DNA from: Macrostomum hystrix
Lineage: Eukaryota > Animalia > Platyhelminthes
Direction: 5' to 3'
Assembly (NCBI GenBank): GCA_950097015.1
Contig: CATNEN010000039.1
Span: forward strand, 9,238,001 to 9,302,000
DNA length: 64,000 nucleotides
Shown one piece after another: positions 13,831 through 25,397 of the stretch (position 1 is its first letter; the number at the start of each line of letters is the position of its first letter). A program made the position numbers and the translations under genes. Under the pieces are notes generated by a model. That model was not told the origin of the DNA. It saw only the letters and a program-made list of their open reading frames with translations, and did not search any database.

Positions 13831-14479
13831 TGATTTTCTATGCAGTGTAACTTAATTAAAGTATTATTAAACTTTACAAATTACTTTTCAGATTCCATCA
13901 TCGCGGACGGCAGAACATAGAAGTGAAAGGGGCCAATGTGCATTATATTTAACTGGGTGCTTGTATGCGGTGATTATAAATATCGATAGGTTGAGCAATT
14001 GTTGTGTACGGGGTTCAACTATGAAACCAACTCGTCGAACTCTACTTTTTCATTATCTGCTGACTCTTTTGCTTTCGGTATACAGGTATACTACAGTTAG
14101 TAGTATGGTGAGGATTATATTTAGTTTCGTTAGGTATAACCCACTTTGCAATCTTTCGCCTATTATTGCTCTTTTGTAGCTCTGAAGAAAAACACCGCAT
14201 TCATTGCCTTGTTTGTATCGGAAAATGAATTATCAAATTCTTCTTTTGAGTTGCGCTGCTAAAAATAGACTTGCTTCTTGCTTTTAGGTTTTGCTTTTTC
14301 ATATTTTTAAACGATAGTTAACAAACATTTCTTGAAATTAAATGTCTTCGCCAAAATTGCATATTTTTGTTTTAACTTTCGTTTACAGAATGAACATTGC
14401 CCACATATGTTTATTATCAGCGTAATATAGTTTTATGTTTATTAATGCTAATATGTCTGAGCTAAACATTATTCATCCC

Positions 14480-14810
14480 ATTTCATTTTCCACATCCCAT
14501 ACCTTAATTTAAGGATTTTCATTTCTCTCATTCATTTTGTTTATCCCACCGGTTTTAAACTTCTCACATCCCATCCCCTAATCCCACAGTGTAACATTTC
14601 TCTTATCACATTCCTTAATCCCACCGTATAAGATTAATCCTATCCTGTTTCTTGATTCCACTATTAAAAGTTTCTCCTACCTCTTACCTTTATCCCACCG
14701 TTTAACATTTATTGCATCTTATAAACTTATCCCACCGTTAATATTTTTTCATTACATACCCATATATTACTATATTTCTCCCATCCCATTCCTTTATCCC
14801 CACCGTTAAA
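14480..14810. repeat. Old degenerate tandem repeat (ttatcccaccgt... units) in the ACAT2-GOLGA7 spacer
   Basis: The atcccac(c)gt motif recurs about every 38-40 bp. Confidence 0.55.
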
Positions 14811-15040
14811 GCTTCTCTCATTCATTTCCATGGTTTTCCTATTAGTCTTCGAACTCCTTTCATCCGTGGATCCTACCAAGCTCCCTTAATAGTTCATAGT
14901 ACATCACCTTTATATTACGAGTACAAAGAAATTAGCTACTCAGAGTCAGCTAACGTCTCGCTATTACTTGCAGTAGTTAGTAACTTCAAGCTACCGCACA
15001 CACAGCGTGGCATTGAGAGAAAACTGAAATCATAAGCGGA

Positions 15041-16872
15041 ATGGGATCGCGGCCAACCGCCGCTCCGGTGGGTCACGGTAGCAGCAGCAGCGGCTCCAAG
15101 GTGTACGTTCAACGCGACTACAGCCAGGGCCTGAGCTTGCGCTATTCAACCGCCATGCCGGCGCAGCTGCGCGATCGCATGCCGGAGGACCTGTTCGAGG
15201 CTGCCATTGTTAATATCAACCAGATTCTGGCCGGCGCCGAGGCTGGCTCGTTTGGCGTCTACGCTGAGAGCTGCTTTGCCTGCCTCACTGGCTACCTGAT
15301 CTATCTGTGCATGGACTCGCATTATGAGAGAGTGAGTGGCTTTAAAATATATCGCGATTTAAGTATCTACTCAAATCATATGAATGTATTCAACGAACTG
15401 GTCCAGTACTGGACTAGTATACTAGTATACTGATTTAGATTAAGCGGCCAGGCACACAGCATGCAAATATTCATTCACAAGTCAAGTCGATAACACTCGA
15501 ACTTACTTGACCAGCTAACTCCAGAGCCCACAAATGTATACATTGACAAGCGGAGTTTTAACACATTGTACATTGACCAGCAAAGCCTAGCACATACGAC
15601 TGTACATTGACTAGCCAAGCCTAGCACGCATGAATGTACATTGACTTGTTAACCCCAGCATGCATGAATGTACATTGACCAGCCAAGCCCAGCATGCACG
15701 AATGTACATTGACCAGCCAAGCCTAGCATACATGAATGTACATTGACCAGCCAAGCCTAGCATACATGAATGTACATTGACCAGCCAAGCCTAGCATGCA
15801 CGAATGTACATTGACTAGCCAAGCCTAGCATACATTAATGTACATTGACCAGCCAAGCCTAGCATACATGAATGTACATTGACCAGCCAAGCCTAGCATA
15901 CATGAATGTACATTGACCAGCCAAGCCTAGCATGCACGAATGTACATTGACCAGCCAAGCCCAGCATGCACGAATGTACATTGACCAGCCAAGCCTAGCA
16001 TACATTAATGTACATTGACCAGCCAAGACTAGCATGCACGAATGTACATTGACCAGCCAAGCCTAGCATGCACGAATGTACATTGACCAGCCAAGCCTAG
16101 CATACATTGATGTACATTGACCAGCCAAGCCTAGCATACATGAATGTACATTGACCAGCCAAGCCTAGCATACATGAATGTACATTGACCAACCAAGCCT
16201 AGCATGCACGAATGTACATTGACCAGCCAAGCCTAGCATGCACGAATGTACATTGACCAGCCAGGCCTAGCATACATGAATGTACATTGACCAGCCAAGC
16301 CTAGCATACATTGATGTACATTGACCAGCCAAGCCTAGCATGCACGAATGTACATTGACCAGCCAGGCCTAGCATACATGAATGTACATTGACCAGCCAA
16401 GCCTAGCATGCACGAATGTACATTGACCAGCCAAGCCTAGCATGCACGAATGTACATTGACCAGCCAGGCCTAGCATACATGAATGTACATTGACCAGCA
16501 AAGCCTAGCATACATGAATGTACATTGACCAGCCAAGCCTAGCATGCACGAATGTACATTGACCAGCCAAGCCTAGCATACATGAATGTACATTGACCAG
16601 CTAAGTAACACAGGCGAATGTATAGACGAACAGAAGAACGCAATTTATGTACTTTGACAAGCTGAGCCTAATACAGTTTAAGATTACGTTGATCAAGGGT
16701 ATCTTAATAAAATGATAACCCCCGCTGCAAACTTTAATCCACGCAGAGCCTGAAAGAAGTTCGTCAGCTAATAGAAGAGTACAATCGCACTGTATTCATG
16801 CCGCGTCGGTTAATGATGGTTGATCCAAGCGAGCGCGGCCTTCGTGTCATTGAAGTTGTGTTGCTGAATTGA
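15041..16872 (+). CDS. GOLGA7: Golgin A7 / ERF4 (GCP16, palmitoyltransferase accessory subunit), 138 aa; exons 15041-15331, 16747-16872
   Basis: KVYVQRDYS.G...ESCFACLTGYLIYLCMDSHYER|SLKEVRQLIEEYNRTVFMPRRLMMVDPSERGLRVIEV. Intron aga|gtgagt...acgcag|agc is phase 0. Confidence 0.93.
15530..16625. repeat. 34-bp minisatellite (gcctagcatacatgaatgtacattgaccagccaa) in the GOLGA7 intron
   Basis: About 30 units, each carrying the palindrome aatgtacatt. Confidence 0.95.
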
Positions 16873-17459
16873 GGCTCGTCAAGAATTTTGTCGCTAGTGC
16901 AATTTTTCAGTTTGATAAAACACGCAATTTTGTTGCCAAGTGTCTGTGTGAACACCCCGTACAGAATTTTATTTGAAATTGTTGTATTATTAGAGTTGCG
17001 ATTGACTCTAAGCAATTGATATTTACTATTAACCAATGTTTGCTGTGCAATCAATCATTTGATCTTTTCACTTTAGATGGGGCGGACTTTAGTTGTTTTT
17101 GTTTCAAAAGAGCTAATTCAATCATGTTTTATCTTGTCTACTCATAGTATTTCATCTAGGGTATGCAGAACATTGAATGCTTTTCTTAGCAATTTGTAAA
17201 TTTTACAATGCAAGCCTACCAGCTTTGGTCTCAAATACCAGCGCTAGCTTTTTGCATCGCAAAGTCTTGTTTTTACCAATCGGCTCATAGTATTTTAACA
17301 AAGCATGACAGCTGTAACTTGGCGCTGAGCACCTGAGTAAGTGACCTACCACCGTACTGCGCAGCATTTTACACGTCGATTCAAACTTAAAAAAGTTGGT
17401 CTAGTACTGTCTAATTGATTTCTCTTTTTCCACTTTGTGTATCAGAACAATAATTACAT

Positions 17460-18075
17460 AGCTTCTTCAGGAATTAGTGACTGTTTTCCGGAATCGACAA
17501 GTGATGACTGTTTCCTGAAACCTTACTTGTTGCAGTTTCCTGAAGAGTTATTTTATGGCTGTTTCCTGGAATCGAACGTTATCTGGTGGTTGTTTCATGG
17601 AATCCTTCTTACTGAACTTTGATAGTGTCTTCTCCCTGGAATCAGAAGTGCTGTTTTGGTTGTTTCCTGGAATCCGTGGAGCCGTGGCCTAGTGGTTAGG
17701 GCGTCAGACTCAGGACTTGAAGGTCCATGGTTCGACTCCCGGACCGGGCGGCGACCTGTGTCCTTGAGCAAGGCACTTAACCACGTATTGCTCCAGTTCA
17801 CCCAGCTGTGATTGGGTACCAGCGCAAGCTGGGGAATAGAAAGGGTGGAGTGGCGACCCCCCACAGTAACTCTGTGACAGCCGTACACAGTCTCGGATGC
17901 GCCGCGCACTCACTGCGGCTGTGCCTTGACTGTACATCTGGCAAAAACTGGCTGCTTGCAGCCTGCCAGGTGTAGTTCTATTCTATTCCATTCCTGGAAT
18001 CCAAAGTGGTATGTTGGCTGTTTTCTGGAATCAGTAATTGACTGTTTTCTTAGAATCTAAAGTGATGCGTTACCT
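17460..18075. repeat. Degenerate ~30-35-bp tandem repeat (ctgtttcctggaatc core) interrupted by a SINE
   Basis: The core recurs on both sides of the SINE. Confidence 0.6.
17676..17990 (+). mobile_element. Full-length tRNA-derived CORE-type SINE
   Basis: A box tggcctagtgg, B box ggttcgactcc, MIR/CORE-like tgtgtccttgagcaaggcacttaac...cagttcacccagctgtgattggg and a (TTCTA)n tail. Flanked by ttcctggaatcc at 17664-17675 and 17991-18002. Confidence 0.88.
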
Positions 18076-18263
18076 GTTTGGTTAGACTAGCTCAGAAAAT
18101 ATTTTAGCCTTTCAAATCCCCATTGAAATCAAACTGGCTTCTTATTTTCAGACACTCTAAATATTCTACAGTCAGATTATTAAAAAGTATCGACAAATTA
18201 AGCGGCTAATTGCGTGTAGAGAGGTGTCGCCCCTTCCGAGTGACCCTCTAGACATTGTCGGCC

Positions 18264-18590
18264 ATGTCAACAGCCGAGCAGCTGCCTAGTGGCGGCCAGC
18301 GGCCATTGAACTGCCTCGTGGCTGTTGAGGATGCCAGGGTGTTCAACCAGGGCACTCTGTACATGAGCCACGCGCTGCCAGCTTATGTGCGCCCGTTTCT
18401 GGCCTGCCTGAGGCGCGTCGCCGGTCACGGAGCCGTCCTGGCCTACACCGCTCTGACTTTCAATCGCGAACAGGACGGACGCGATTTTCGATGTTTAACA
18501 CCGCAACCGCTGGCCGCCGAGGAGGACCTGCTGCGCCGCCTGGCCGAGCTGAAATTTGTTCGCTACCCGGACCCAACTCGAACTGAACGG
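18264..18590 (+). CDS. MED25: Mediator subunit 25-like, exon 1 (VWA domain start)
   Basis: NCLVAVED...YVRPFL...YTALTFN...LAELKFV parallels MED25 VWA DVVFVIEG...YLLPAI...YSLVVFN...LDGIKFM. Donor cgg|gtgcgc. Confidence 0.7.
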
Positions 18591-18616
18591 GTGCGCCAGT
18601 GCCGCTGTGGCCTTTG

Positions 18617-18845
18617 CCTTACTTACTTACTTACTACTGGCGGGGGGCGAGACGCCGCGAATAGGCCGCGAGGCCCCTATCGCAACCCCAAGGTAAAAGG
18701 AAGGTGGCCTCAGCCTTGGGGGTGCGCCCACCCCACGCCAGCAGTCGGCAGGTTCGCCGGGGAGGCGTCGGCGACCTTCATCCGGCCGGTGTCACGGATG
18801 AAGGCGCGAAATAAGGCCTTTGCCTTATACGAGGCTTGTCCGGGA
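18617..18845 (-). mobile_element. 5'-truncated LINE 3' end
   Basis: The minus frame reads KAKALFRAFIRDTGRMK...PQG*, resembling the F..FI.DTGR ORF2 terminus. It is followed by a GC-rich hairpin 3' UTR and a (TAAG)n tail. Confidence 0.6.
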
Positions 18846-19190
18846 TAATAATAATTGCAGGAGGGCTGCGGGCAATGTCACATCTCTTGGTGACACTAGA
18901 CTGGCAGCCAGCGAAGAGGCAGTTCCGCTCATTTCGCTGACTCCTGAGCACACACGCACACAGATACTGTACGCAGGCACACACACACACAGGTGTGTAC
19001 ATCTGCCCTGACTTTCTCATCGTTAGGCAGTGTACACTTTCACTGTGCCTTGGAGGTTGGCCCTCAAGGGCGTAAATTGCGCGACAAGCCCCCAAAGCCT
19101 TTTCTCCACGGCTACGTTCCAAATGTATGTGGCCTCGCCGCGGAATCGAGCTCAGGCACCTTGACGCAAGAGGCAAACCGGAGAGTAGTC
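18846..19190 (-). mobile_element. tRNA-derived SINE family 2 with (ATT)n tail
   Basis: Reverse complement of the near-complete copy at 62655-62955. Confidence 0.85.
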
Positions 19191-19490
19191 TGTTGCTAAT
19201 TTTCTTGTTGAGGATTTTGCGAGCGACTTACTAAACGCCCGCAACAAGTAAAAGCAAGTGCCAATACTTTCCGGACACGGCCTTCGTTGTTGGAATGCCA
19301 TGAAAGACTGTGGGAGATCGGAGTGCCAAAGTCCTTGAGCTCGATTTCGCACGAATCGATGCCACTATTGAAATGCCCAAAAATGGCATTCTTTATATCT
19401 CTAGGACTCACAGTTCTTGCTGTTAAGCTAAGAAGTTTCATTCAACTGTTGCAGTCTCTATATCAGCGCATTATTCTCCCACCTCTCCAG

Positions 19491-19853
19491 ATTCCTGTCG
19501 ATCATCTGGCCCGGCTGCTCTCGGAGGCCAATAGATCGAATGGAGCCCCTTGTCACCTGTTGCTCATCATTCATTCTCGACTGGAGGACAATTTGGACAA
19601 GCTCAAGCCTGCGCTCGAACCACTGGCCTCGCTAACAATTATTTCGCCTAGGCGGAACGATCAACTAACGGAACTGTTTAAGCTGGTTAATGGGGCCGGC
19701 GATTTGGGCGATTCCGGAGTTCCGCCGCATCCCAAATGGGAGCTGGTTCTGGTGCCCAGGTGCATCCGGTTCTCGCCACCGCCACCGCCTCCGCAGCCGC
19801 AGCTACCGGCGCCGCAGACTTTGCCTCAACCAGCACTAACATCACAGTTGCAG
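19491..19853 (+). CDS. MED25: MED25-like exon 2 (VWA end, Pro-rich linker)
   Basis: ctccag|IPVDH...CHLLLIIHS...LTIISPRRNDQLTELFK (cf. FSIVSPRKLPALRLLFEK)...LQ|gtgaga. Confidence 0.75.
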
Positions 19854-19864
19854 GTGAGATTACC

Positions 19865-20045
19865 CTACCTCTAGTGCCTAACCCACCTCTAGTGTCCCAC
19901 CTCCTGCGCCTACCCCACCTCCAGTGCCTACCCCAACTCTAGTACCTACCCCACCTCCTGAGCCCACCCACCCCAGTGCCTACCCCACCTCCTGCGCTCA
20001 CCCCACATCCAGTGCCTACCCCACCTCCAGTCTACCTTACCTCCA
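19865..20045. repeat. 18-bp minisatellite (tccagtgcctaccccacc) in MED25 intron 2
   Basis: About 10 degenerate units. Confidence 0.8.
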
Positions 20046-20107
20046 GCGCTTTGTTATTCCCAGCTCACCTATATTTGCTAGTCTAATATCCTGGGATTTC
20101 CTATCAG

Positions 20108-20455
20108 GCCGCCCAGCCGCTCGCATCGGCGGTCCCAACGCCAACAGCGGCTTCCATAGCTGGCCGTCTAGTGTGGAGCGGCCAGCTGCAGTTCAGCAAG
20201 CCGGAGCTGTGCCCGGTGACTGCGGTGCAGTTTGTTCAGCTAGGCAGCTGGACCGCCGACTGGAGCTTCCGCTGCTTCGATCATCCGCGGCCCAGCGCAA
20301 CCTGCGCCCTGTTGAAGCCGGACATTGCTCAGGCCATCGAGCTGCTACCGCAGAGCGTCGGTCGGGATCGGGTACTGGTGCGGCCGGCAACGAAAACTGA
20401 GGTGTCTCCGCTATTAAAACTATTCGAATCCGCTAATAGCGGCAGTTCAACTCAG
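20108..20455 (+). CDS. MED25: MED25-like exon 3 (ACID/PTOV domain N-half)
   Basis: atcag|AAQPL...RLVWSGQLQF (cf. LLAWSGVLEW)...STQ|gtgagt. Confidence 0.72.
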
Positions 20456-20529
20456 GTGAGTTTCTATGGGCGCTTTTAGATTCAATTACCTCTGCACTTT
20501 TTATACTAATTAATTAATAAGCTTTCCGA

Positions 20530-20640
20530 ACGTTTGCCTCTCGTACCGAGGTCCCTGAGCTCCTGTGTGTGCGTGTGTGCTCAGAAGTCAACGGGTCTTC
20601 TGTCACCAAATACATAAGTCTGGGCAGATGTACACCACTG
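20530..20640 (+). mobile_element. Fragmented SINE family 2 remnant
   Basis: cgtttgcctctcg...gagctc, gtgtgctcagaagtca and gggcagatgtacac are shared with the other copies. Confidence 0.55.
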
Positions 20641-20943
20641 CTTTATATATCAGTTACTGTTTTAACGCAATGCGCAACGAAAAAATAGTTAACAATAGCG
20701 TACTGACCATCATTATTAATTAAAATATTCGCCGTAACAGTTTATTTTCTAAGTTCTTAAATAGGTAATTAAAACAAAAAGATGTAAAAAGTTTTTTGTA
20801 CTTTGGACGAATATTTTGTGTCCACCATTGAAAAGCAGATTTTTGCACGCCTCAAATGTCTATGGCTAAGAGGCGCCAAAAATCGTACATCATCAAGTTA
20901 TCAGTTGCATCATTGTAAGTTTCTACATGTAATTATTTGGATT

Positions 20944-21177
20944 TCACTTCTTGCTGGATGCGCTTCGACGTCTAAAGGTCTTGGTCTCAATGTCAGACTC
21001 CTTGTAAGGTTCCTCTTCAGATTCAAACGGCTCCTGTAGACTATCGCCTGCGATTTCCTCCAGCATCGATTCGCCAGTCTCGTCTTGTGTGGCCTGATTG
21101 CTAGCTGCCTAATTGAGGGCCAGCAATGTCATCGCCAGCGCCAGAAGCAGACTCAGTCGGATCCCTTGCTTGGCCAT
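20944..21177 (-). pseudogene. Nested antisense secreted prepropeptide ORF with in-frame TAG at codon 23
   Basis: MAKQGIRLSLLLALAMTLLALN*AASNQATQDETGESMLEEIAGDSLQEPFESEEEPYKESDIETKTFRRRSASSKK*: signal peptide, acidic pro-region and basic tail. Confidence 0.65.
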
Positions 21178-21233
21178 GTCACTCGAAAGGAAGCGTCACT
21201 CGTTTCAGTTAATTGTTGCTTGCCTGAGCACAT

Positions 21234-21243
21234 CTTTTTATAG
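21234..21243 (-). promoter_or_regulatory. TATA box of the nested prepropeptide gene
   Basis: Minus strand gcTATAAAAAGatg, ~60 nt upstream of the ATG at 21177. Confidence 0.55.
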
Positions 21244-22361
21244 CGAATTTTGTTGGTCTTGATTGAAAATGCGCGTCCACACGTTGATGCTGCCCCGCGT
21301 CTGCTCGGTTAGTTAATTGTGCAAACTCTCGGTATGGTCTAAGCAGGCTTCTGGTCATGCTTTCTTACTTCTAGCTGGAGAGAAACTATCATTCTATAAT
21401 CTCGGGCCTGACCTATTTCTATTCACATTCTTATCTAGGCCTCTGTATGCCTCATCACATTTTCTGTCGTTCTCCAATGCATTGAAGAGCAGCTATGGCC
21501 AAGTTTTAGGCAATTTAGAATTATGACAGAGCTTTCTTTCTGTCGCCTGTTATTTAGCATTTTGGCAAGGAGTGTTTTCTGGCATTTATCTCTAAGCCTC
21601 TTTGTGTAATTGCCATTGACTAGGTTTGTAGTCAATGGCAACAAACCAATGGCAACAAACCATAGTACATGGTCGAGTGTAGCTCAATGGGAGTGGCTGC
21701 TACTGCAGCAAATGGGGATTCCTAACGTGATTGACTTTATTCTCGACTTAGCTGACAAAAGCAATATTTGACAACGTAAAACTTGACGAATGGACTTCCA
21801 AATGTTAATGATAGCCAATCGTGATTTTAGCCAAAATACAATTTCCTATCCGGCTCATTGTGGCAGCAGTCGCAGCCGCGTCCTCTCTACAGTCAGGAGC
21901 TGTTAAATCCGCATCGCAGAGCACAAACTATTCGTAAAGATGAGCGCAATGATAATCAGAAAACAGGGCCCAGCGCAGAGTGGCCAGATTTTCGCGCGGA
22001 CAGAGAGCGGCATCTTGCGTCACCGTCGTGTTCCTTGAATGCGGCTAGTCCAGACAGATTCTATCTGGCTAAATACTGGCGCATGCAGTTCTTCACCGCC
22101 GGCTCATTGGGGCTGCGCACTCATCCGTCTGTGCCGCCGGCCTGCGCGCCTTTGAAGGACGGAGCTGTAAACAATGCTGGCAGTGTGTCTTTATGTTTGT
22201 GTCTGCTTTTAGCAATCGCTACTAAAGTAAATAAGCAGTACGGCCTGGTCAATAATGTTTCCACTTCCTAGTTACGTCTTTATCAAGTTTCTCGCTCTAT
22301 GTGAAATGAAGGTTAAACAGATTGCCGAAATATTGCTTATTAATAATCTTCGAGATTTGAG

Positions 22362-22610
22362 CGGGGGGTGCGTAGCAGAGCGGTTAACGTGTTTGCCTCT
22401 CTCACCAGTCACCAGAGTTCACGAGCTCGCTTCCGCGTCGAGGTCAAGTTTATTTAAGTCGCCAGCCTCGAAAAAATGACTTAAGCGACTTTTTGTACAA
22501 CTTACGCCCTAAGAGCCAAGTCTAAAGGTATAGTTAAAGTGTACACTTCCTGAAAATCGAAAATTCACGCCAGATGTACACCCATGTGAGTGAGTGCGTT
22601 TGTATCCAGG
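22362..22610 (+). mobile_element. Degenerate SINE family 2 copy
   Basis: gtagcagagcggttaacgtgtttgcctct...gagctcgcttccgcgtcgagg...ttacgccc...gtgtacact...cagatgtacac. Confidence 0.7.
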
Positions 22611-22627
22611 GGCAGTGTATTGTGCAG

Positions 22628-24393
22628 AAATAGTGGACTTAATAAGGGCGACAGTTCATGGGTGTAGCTTCTGTAATAGTGGACTTTAAGGCGACAGCTC
22701 TTGGGTGTAGCTTCTGTAATAGTGGACTTTGAGGCGACAGTTCTTGGGTGTAGCTTCTGTAATAGTGGACTTTGAGGCGACAGTTCTTGGGTGTAGCTTC
22801 TGTAATAGTGGACTTTGAGGCGACAGTTCTTGGGTGTAGCTTCTGTAATAGTGGACTTTGAGGCGACAGCTCTCGGGTGTAGCTTCTGTAATAGTGGACT
22901 TTAAGGCGACAGCTCTTGGGTGTAGCTTCTGTAATAGTGGACTTTGAGGCGACAGTTCTTGGGTGTAGCTTCTGTAATAGTGGACTTTGAGGCGACAGTT
23001 CTTGGGTGTAGCTTCTGTAATAGTGGACTTTGAGGCGACAGCTCTTGGGTGTAGCTTCTGTAATAGTGGACTTTGAGGCGACAGCTCTTGGGTGTAGCTT
23101 CTGTAATAGTGGACTTTGAGGCGACAGTTCTTGGGTGTAGCTTCTATAATAGTGGACTTTGAGGCGACAGCTCTCGGGTGTAGCTTCTGTAATAGTGGAC
23201 TTTGAGGCGACAGTTCTTGGGTGTAGCTTCTGTAATAGTGGACTTTGAGGCGACAGTTCTTGGGTGTAGCTTCTGTAATAGTGGACTTTGAGGCGACAGT
23301 TCTTGGGTGTAGCTTCTGTAATAGTGGACTTTGAGGCGACAGTTCTTGGGTGTAGCTTCTGTAATAGTGGACTTTGAGGCGACAGTTCTTGGGTGTAGCT
23401 TCTATAATAGTGGACTTTGAGGCGACAGCTCTTGGGTGTAGCTTCTGTAATAGTGGACTTTGAGGCGACAGTTCTTGGGTGTAGCTTCTGTAATAGTGGA
23501 CTTTGAGGCGACAGTTCTTGGGTGTAGCTTCTGTAATAGTGGACTTTGAGGCGACAGTTCTTGGGTGTAGCTTCTGTAATAGTGGACTTTGAGGCGACAG
23601 CTCTCGGGTGTAGCTTCTGTAATAGTGGACTTTGAGGCGACAGTTCTTGGGTGTAGCTTCTGTAATAGTGGACTTTGAGGCGACAGTTCTTGGGTGTAGC
23701 TTCTGTAATAGTGGACTTTGAGGCGACAGCTCTCGGGTGTAGCTTCTGTAATAGTGGACTTTGAGGCGACAGTTCTTGGGTGTAGCTTCTGTAATAGTGG
23801 ACTTTGAGGCGACAGTTCTTGGGTGTAGCTTCTATAATAGTGGACTTTGAGGCGACAGCTCTTGGGTGTAGCTTCTGTAATAGTGGACTTTGAGGCGACA
23901 GCTTTTGGGTGTAGCTTCTGTAATAGTGGACTTTGAGGCGACAGTTCTTGGGTGTAGCTTCTGTAATAGTGGACTTTGAGGCGACAGTTCTTGGGTGTAG
24001 CTTCTGTAATAGTGGACTTTGAGGCGACAGCTCTTGGGTGTAGCTTCTGTAATAGTGGACTTTGAGGCGACAGCTCTTGGGTGTAGCTTCTGTAATAGTG
24101 GACTTTGAGGCGACAGCTCTTGGGTGTAGCTTCTATAATAGTGGACTTTGAGGCGACAGCTCTTGGGTGTAGCTTCTGTAATAGTGGACTTTGAGGCGAC
24201 AGCTCTTGGGTGTAGCTTCTGTAATAGTGGACTTTGAGGCGACAGCTCTTGGGTGTAGCTTCTGTAATAGTGGACTTTGAGGCGACAGCTCTTGGGTGTT
24301 GCTTCTGTAATAGTGGACTTTAAGGCGACAGCTCTTGGGTGTTGCTTCTGTAATAGTGGACTTTGAGGCGACAGCTCTTGGGTGTAGCTTCTG
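22628..24393. repeat. 43-bp minisatellite (aatagtggactttgaggcgacagYtcttgggtgtagcttctgt), ~41 units, MED25 intron 3
   Basis: Period measured from 22761 to 22804. Confidence 0.97.
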
Positions 24394-24675
24394 AATTGGT
24401 CATTGCAATAAAACTACCTCGAGTGAAAATTCGAGTCCCAGAATGCAAACCGGGGTAGTAAGATCTCTAAAACCGAGCCTTTACTTCATTACAAGCGTAT
24501 CTATCGTGTTGTCTGGTTTTGTGGCTTAATTTTCAATAACCGAAGGTGATTGTTTATGTAAATGGCCATCTCTTTAAATTTTAATTTTTACAAAAAATAT
24601 ATGTCTCGGTGCTTATAATCAGCTTGTTATACAATCGTCTTGATGACTATTTGCTAGCTTGCATTGTAAAATTTG

Positions 24676-25350
24676 GGTTGACAGATTTGGTTAGGGAAAA
24701 CTGACAGATTTGGTTAGGGAAACTGACAGATTTGGTTAGGGAAAACTGACAGATTTGGTTAGGGAAACTGACAGATTTGGTTGGGGAAAACTGACAGATT
24801 TGGTTGCGGAAAACTGACAGATTTGGTTGCGGAAAACTGACAGATTTGGTTGCGGAAAACTGACAGATTTGGTTGCGGAAAACTGACAGATTTGGTTGGG
24901 GAAAACTGACAGATTTGGTTGGGAAAAACTGACAGATTTGGTTGGGGAAAACAGACAGATTTGGTTGGGGAAAACTGACAGATTTGGTTGGGAAAAACTG
25001 ACAGATTTGGTTGGGGAAAACTGACAGATTTGGTTGGGGAAACTGACAGATTTGGTTGGGGAAAACAGACAGATTTGGTTGGGGAAAACAGACAGATTTG
25101 GTTAGGGAAGACTGACGGATTTGGTTGGGGAAAACTGATAGATTTGGTTAGGGAAGACTGACAGATTTGGTTGGGGAAAACAGACAGATTTGGTCGGGGA
25201 AAACAGACAGATTTGGTTAGGGAAGACTGACAGATTTGGTTGGGGAAAACAGACAGATTTGGTCGGGGAAAACTGACAGATTTGGCTAGGGAAGACTGAC
25301 AGATTTGGTTAGGGAAGACTGACAGATTTGGTTAGGGAAGACTGACAGAT
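24676..25350. repeat. 23-bp minisatellite (actgacagatttggttggggaaa), ~29 units, ending ~45 nt before the MED25 exon 4 acceptor
   Basis: Directly visible. Confidence 0.95.
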
Positions 25351-25397
25351 TGTCCAAAAAACTAACAGTTATTCTTCGCCTGTTTCCAATCACTCAG

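Noticed and set aside
17678-17750. tRNA gene
   Set aside because: The acceptor stem does not pair and the sequence continues into a SINE core and tail.
22628-24393. CRISPR array
   Set aside because: Head-to-tail 43-bp units with no spacers.
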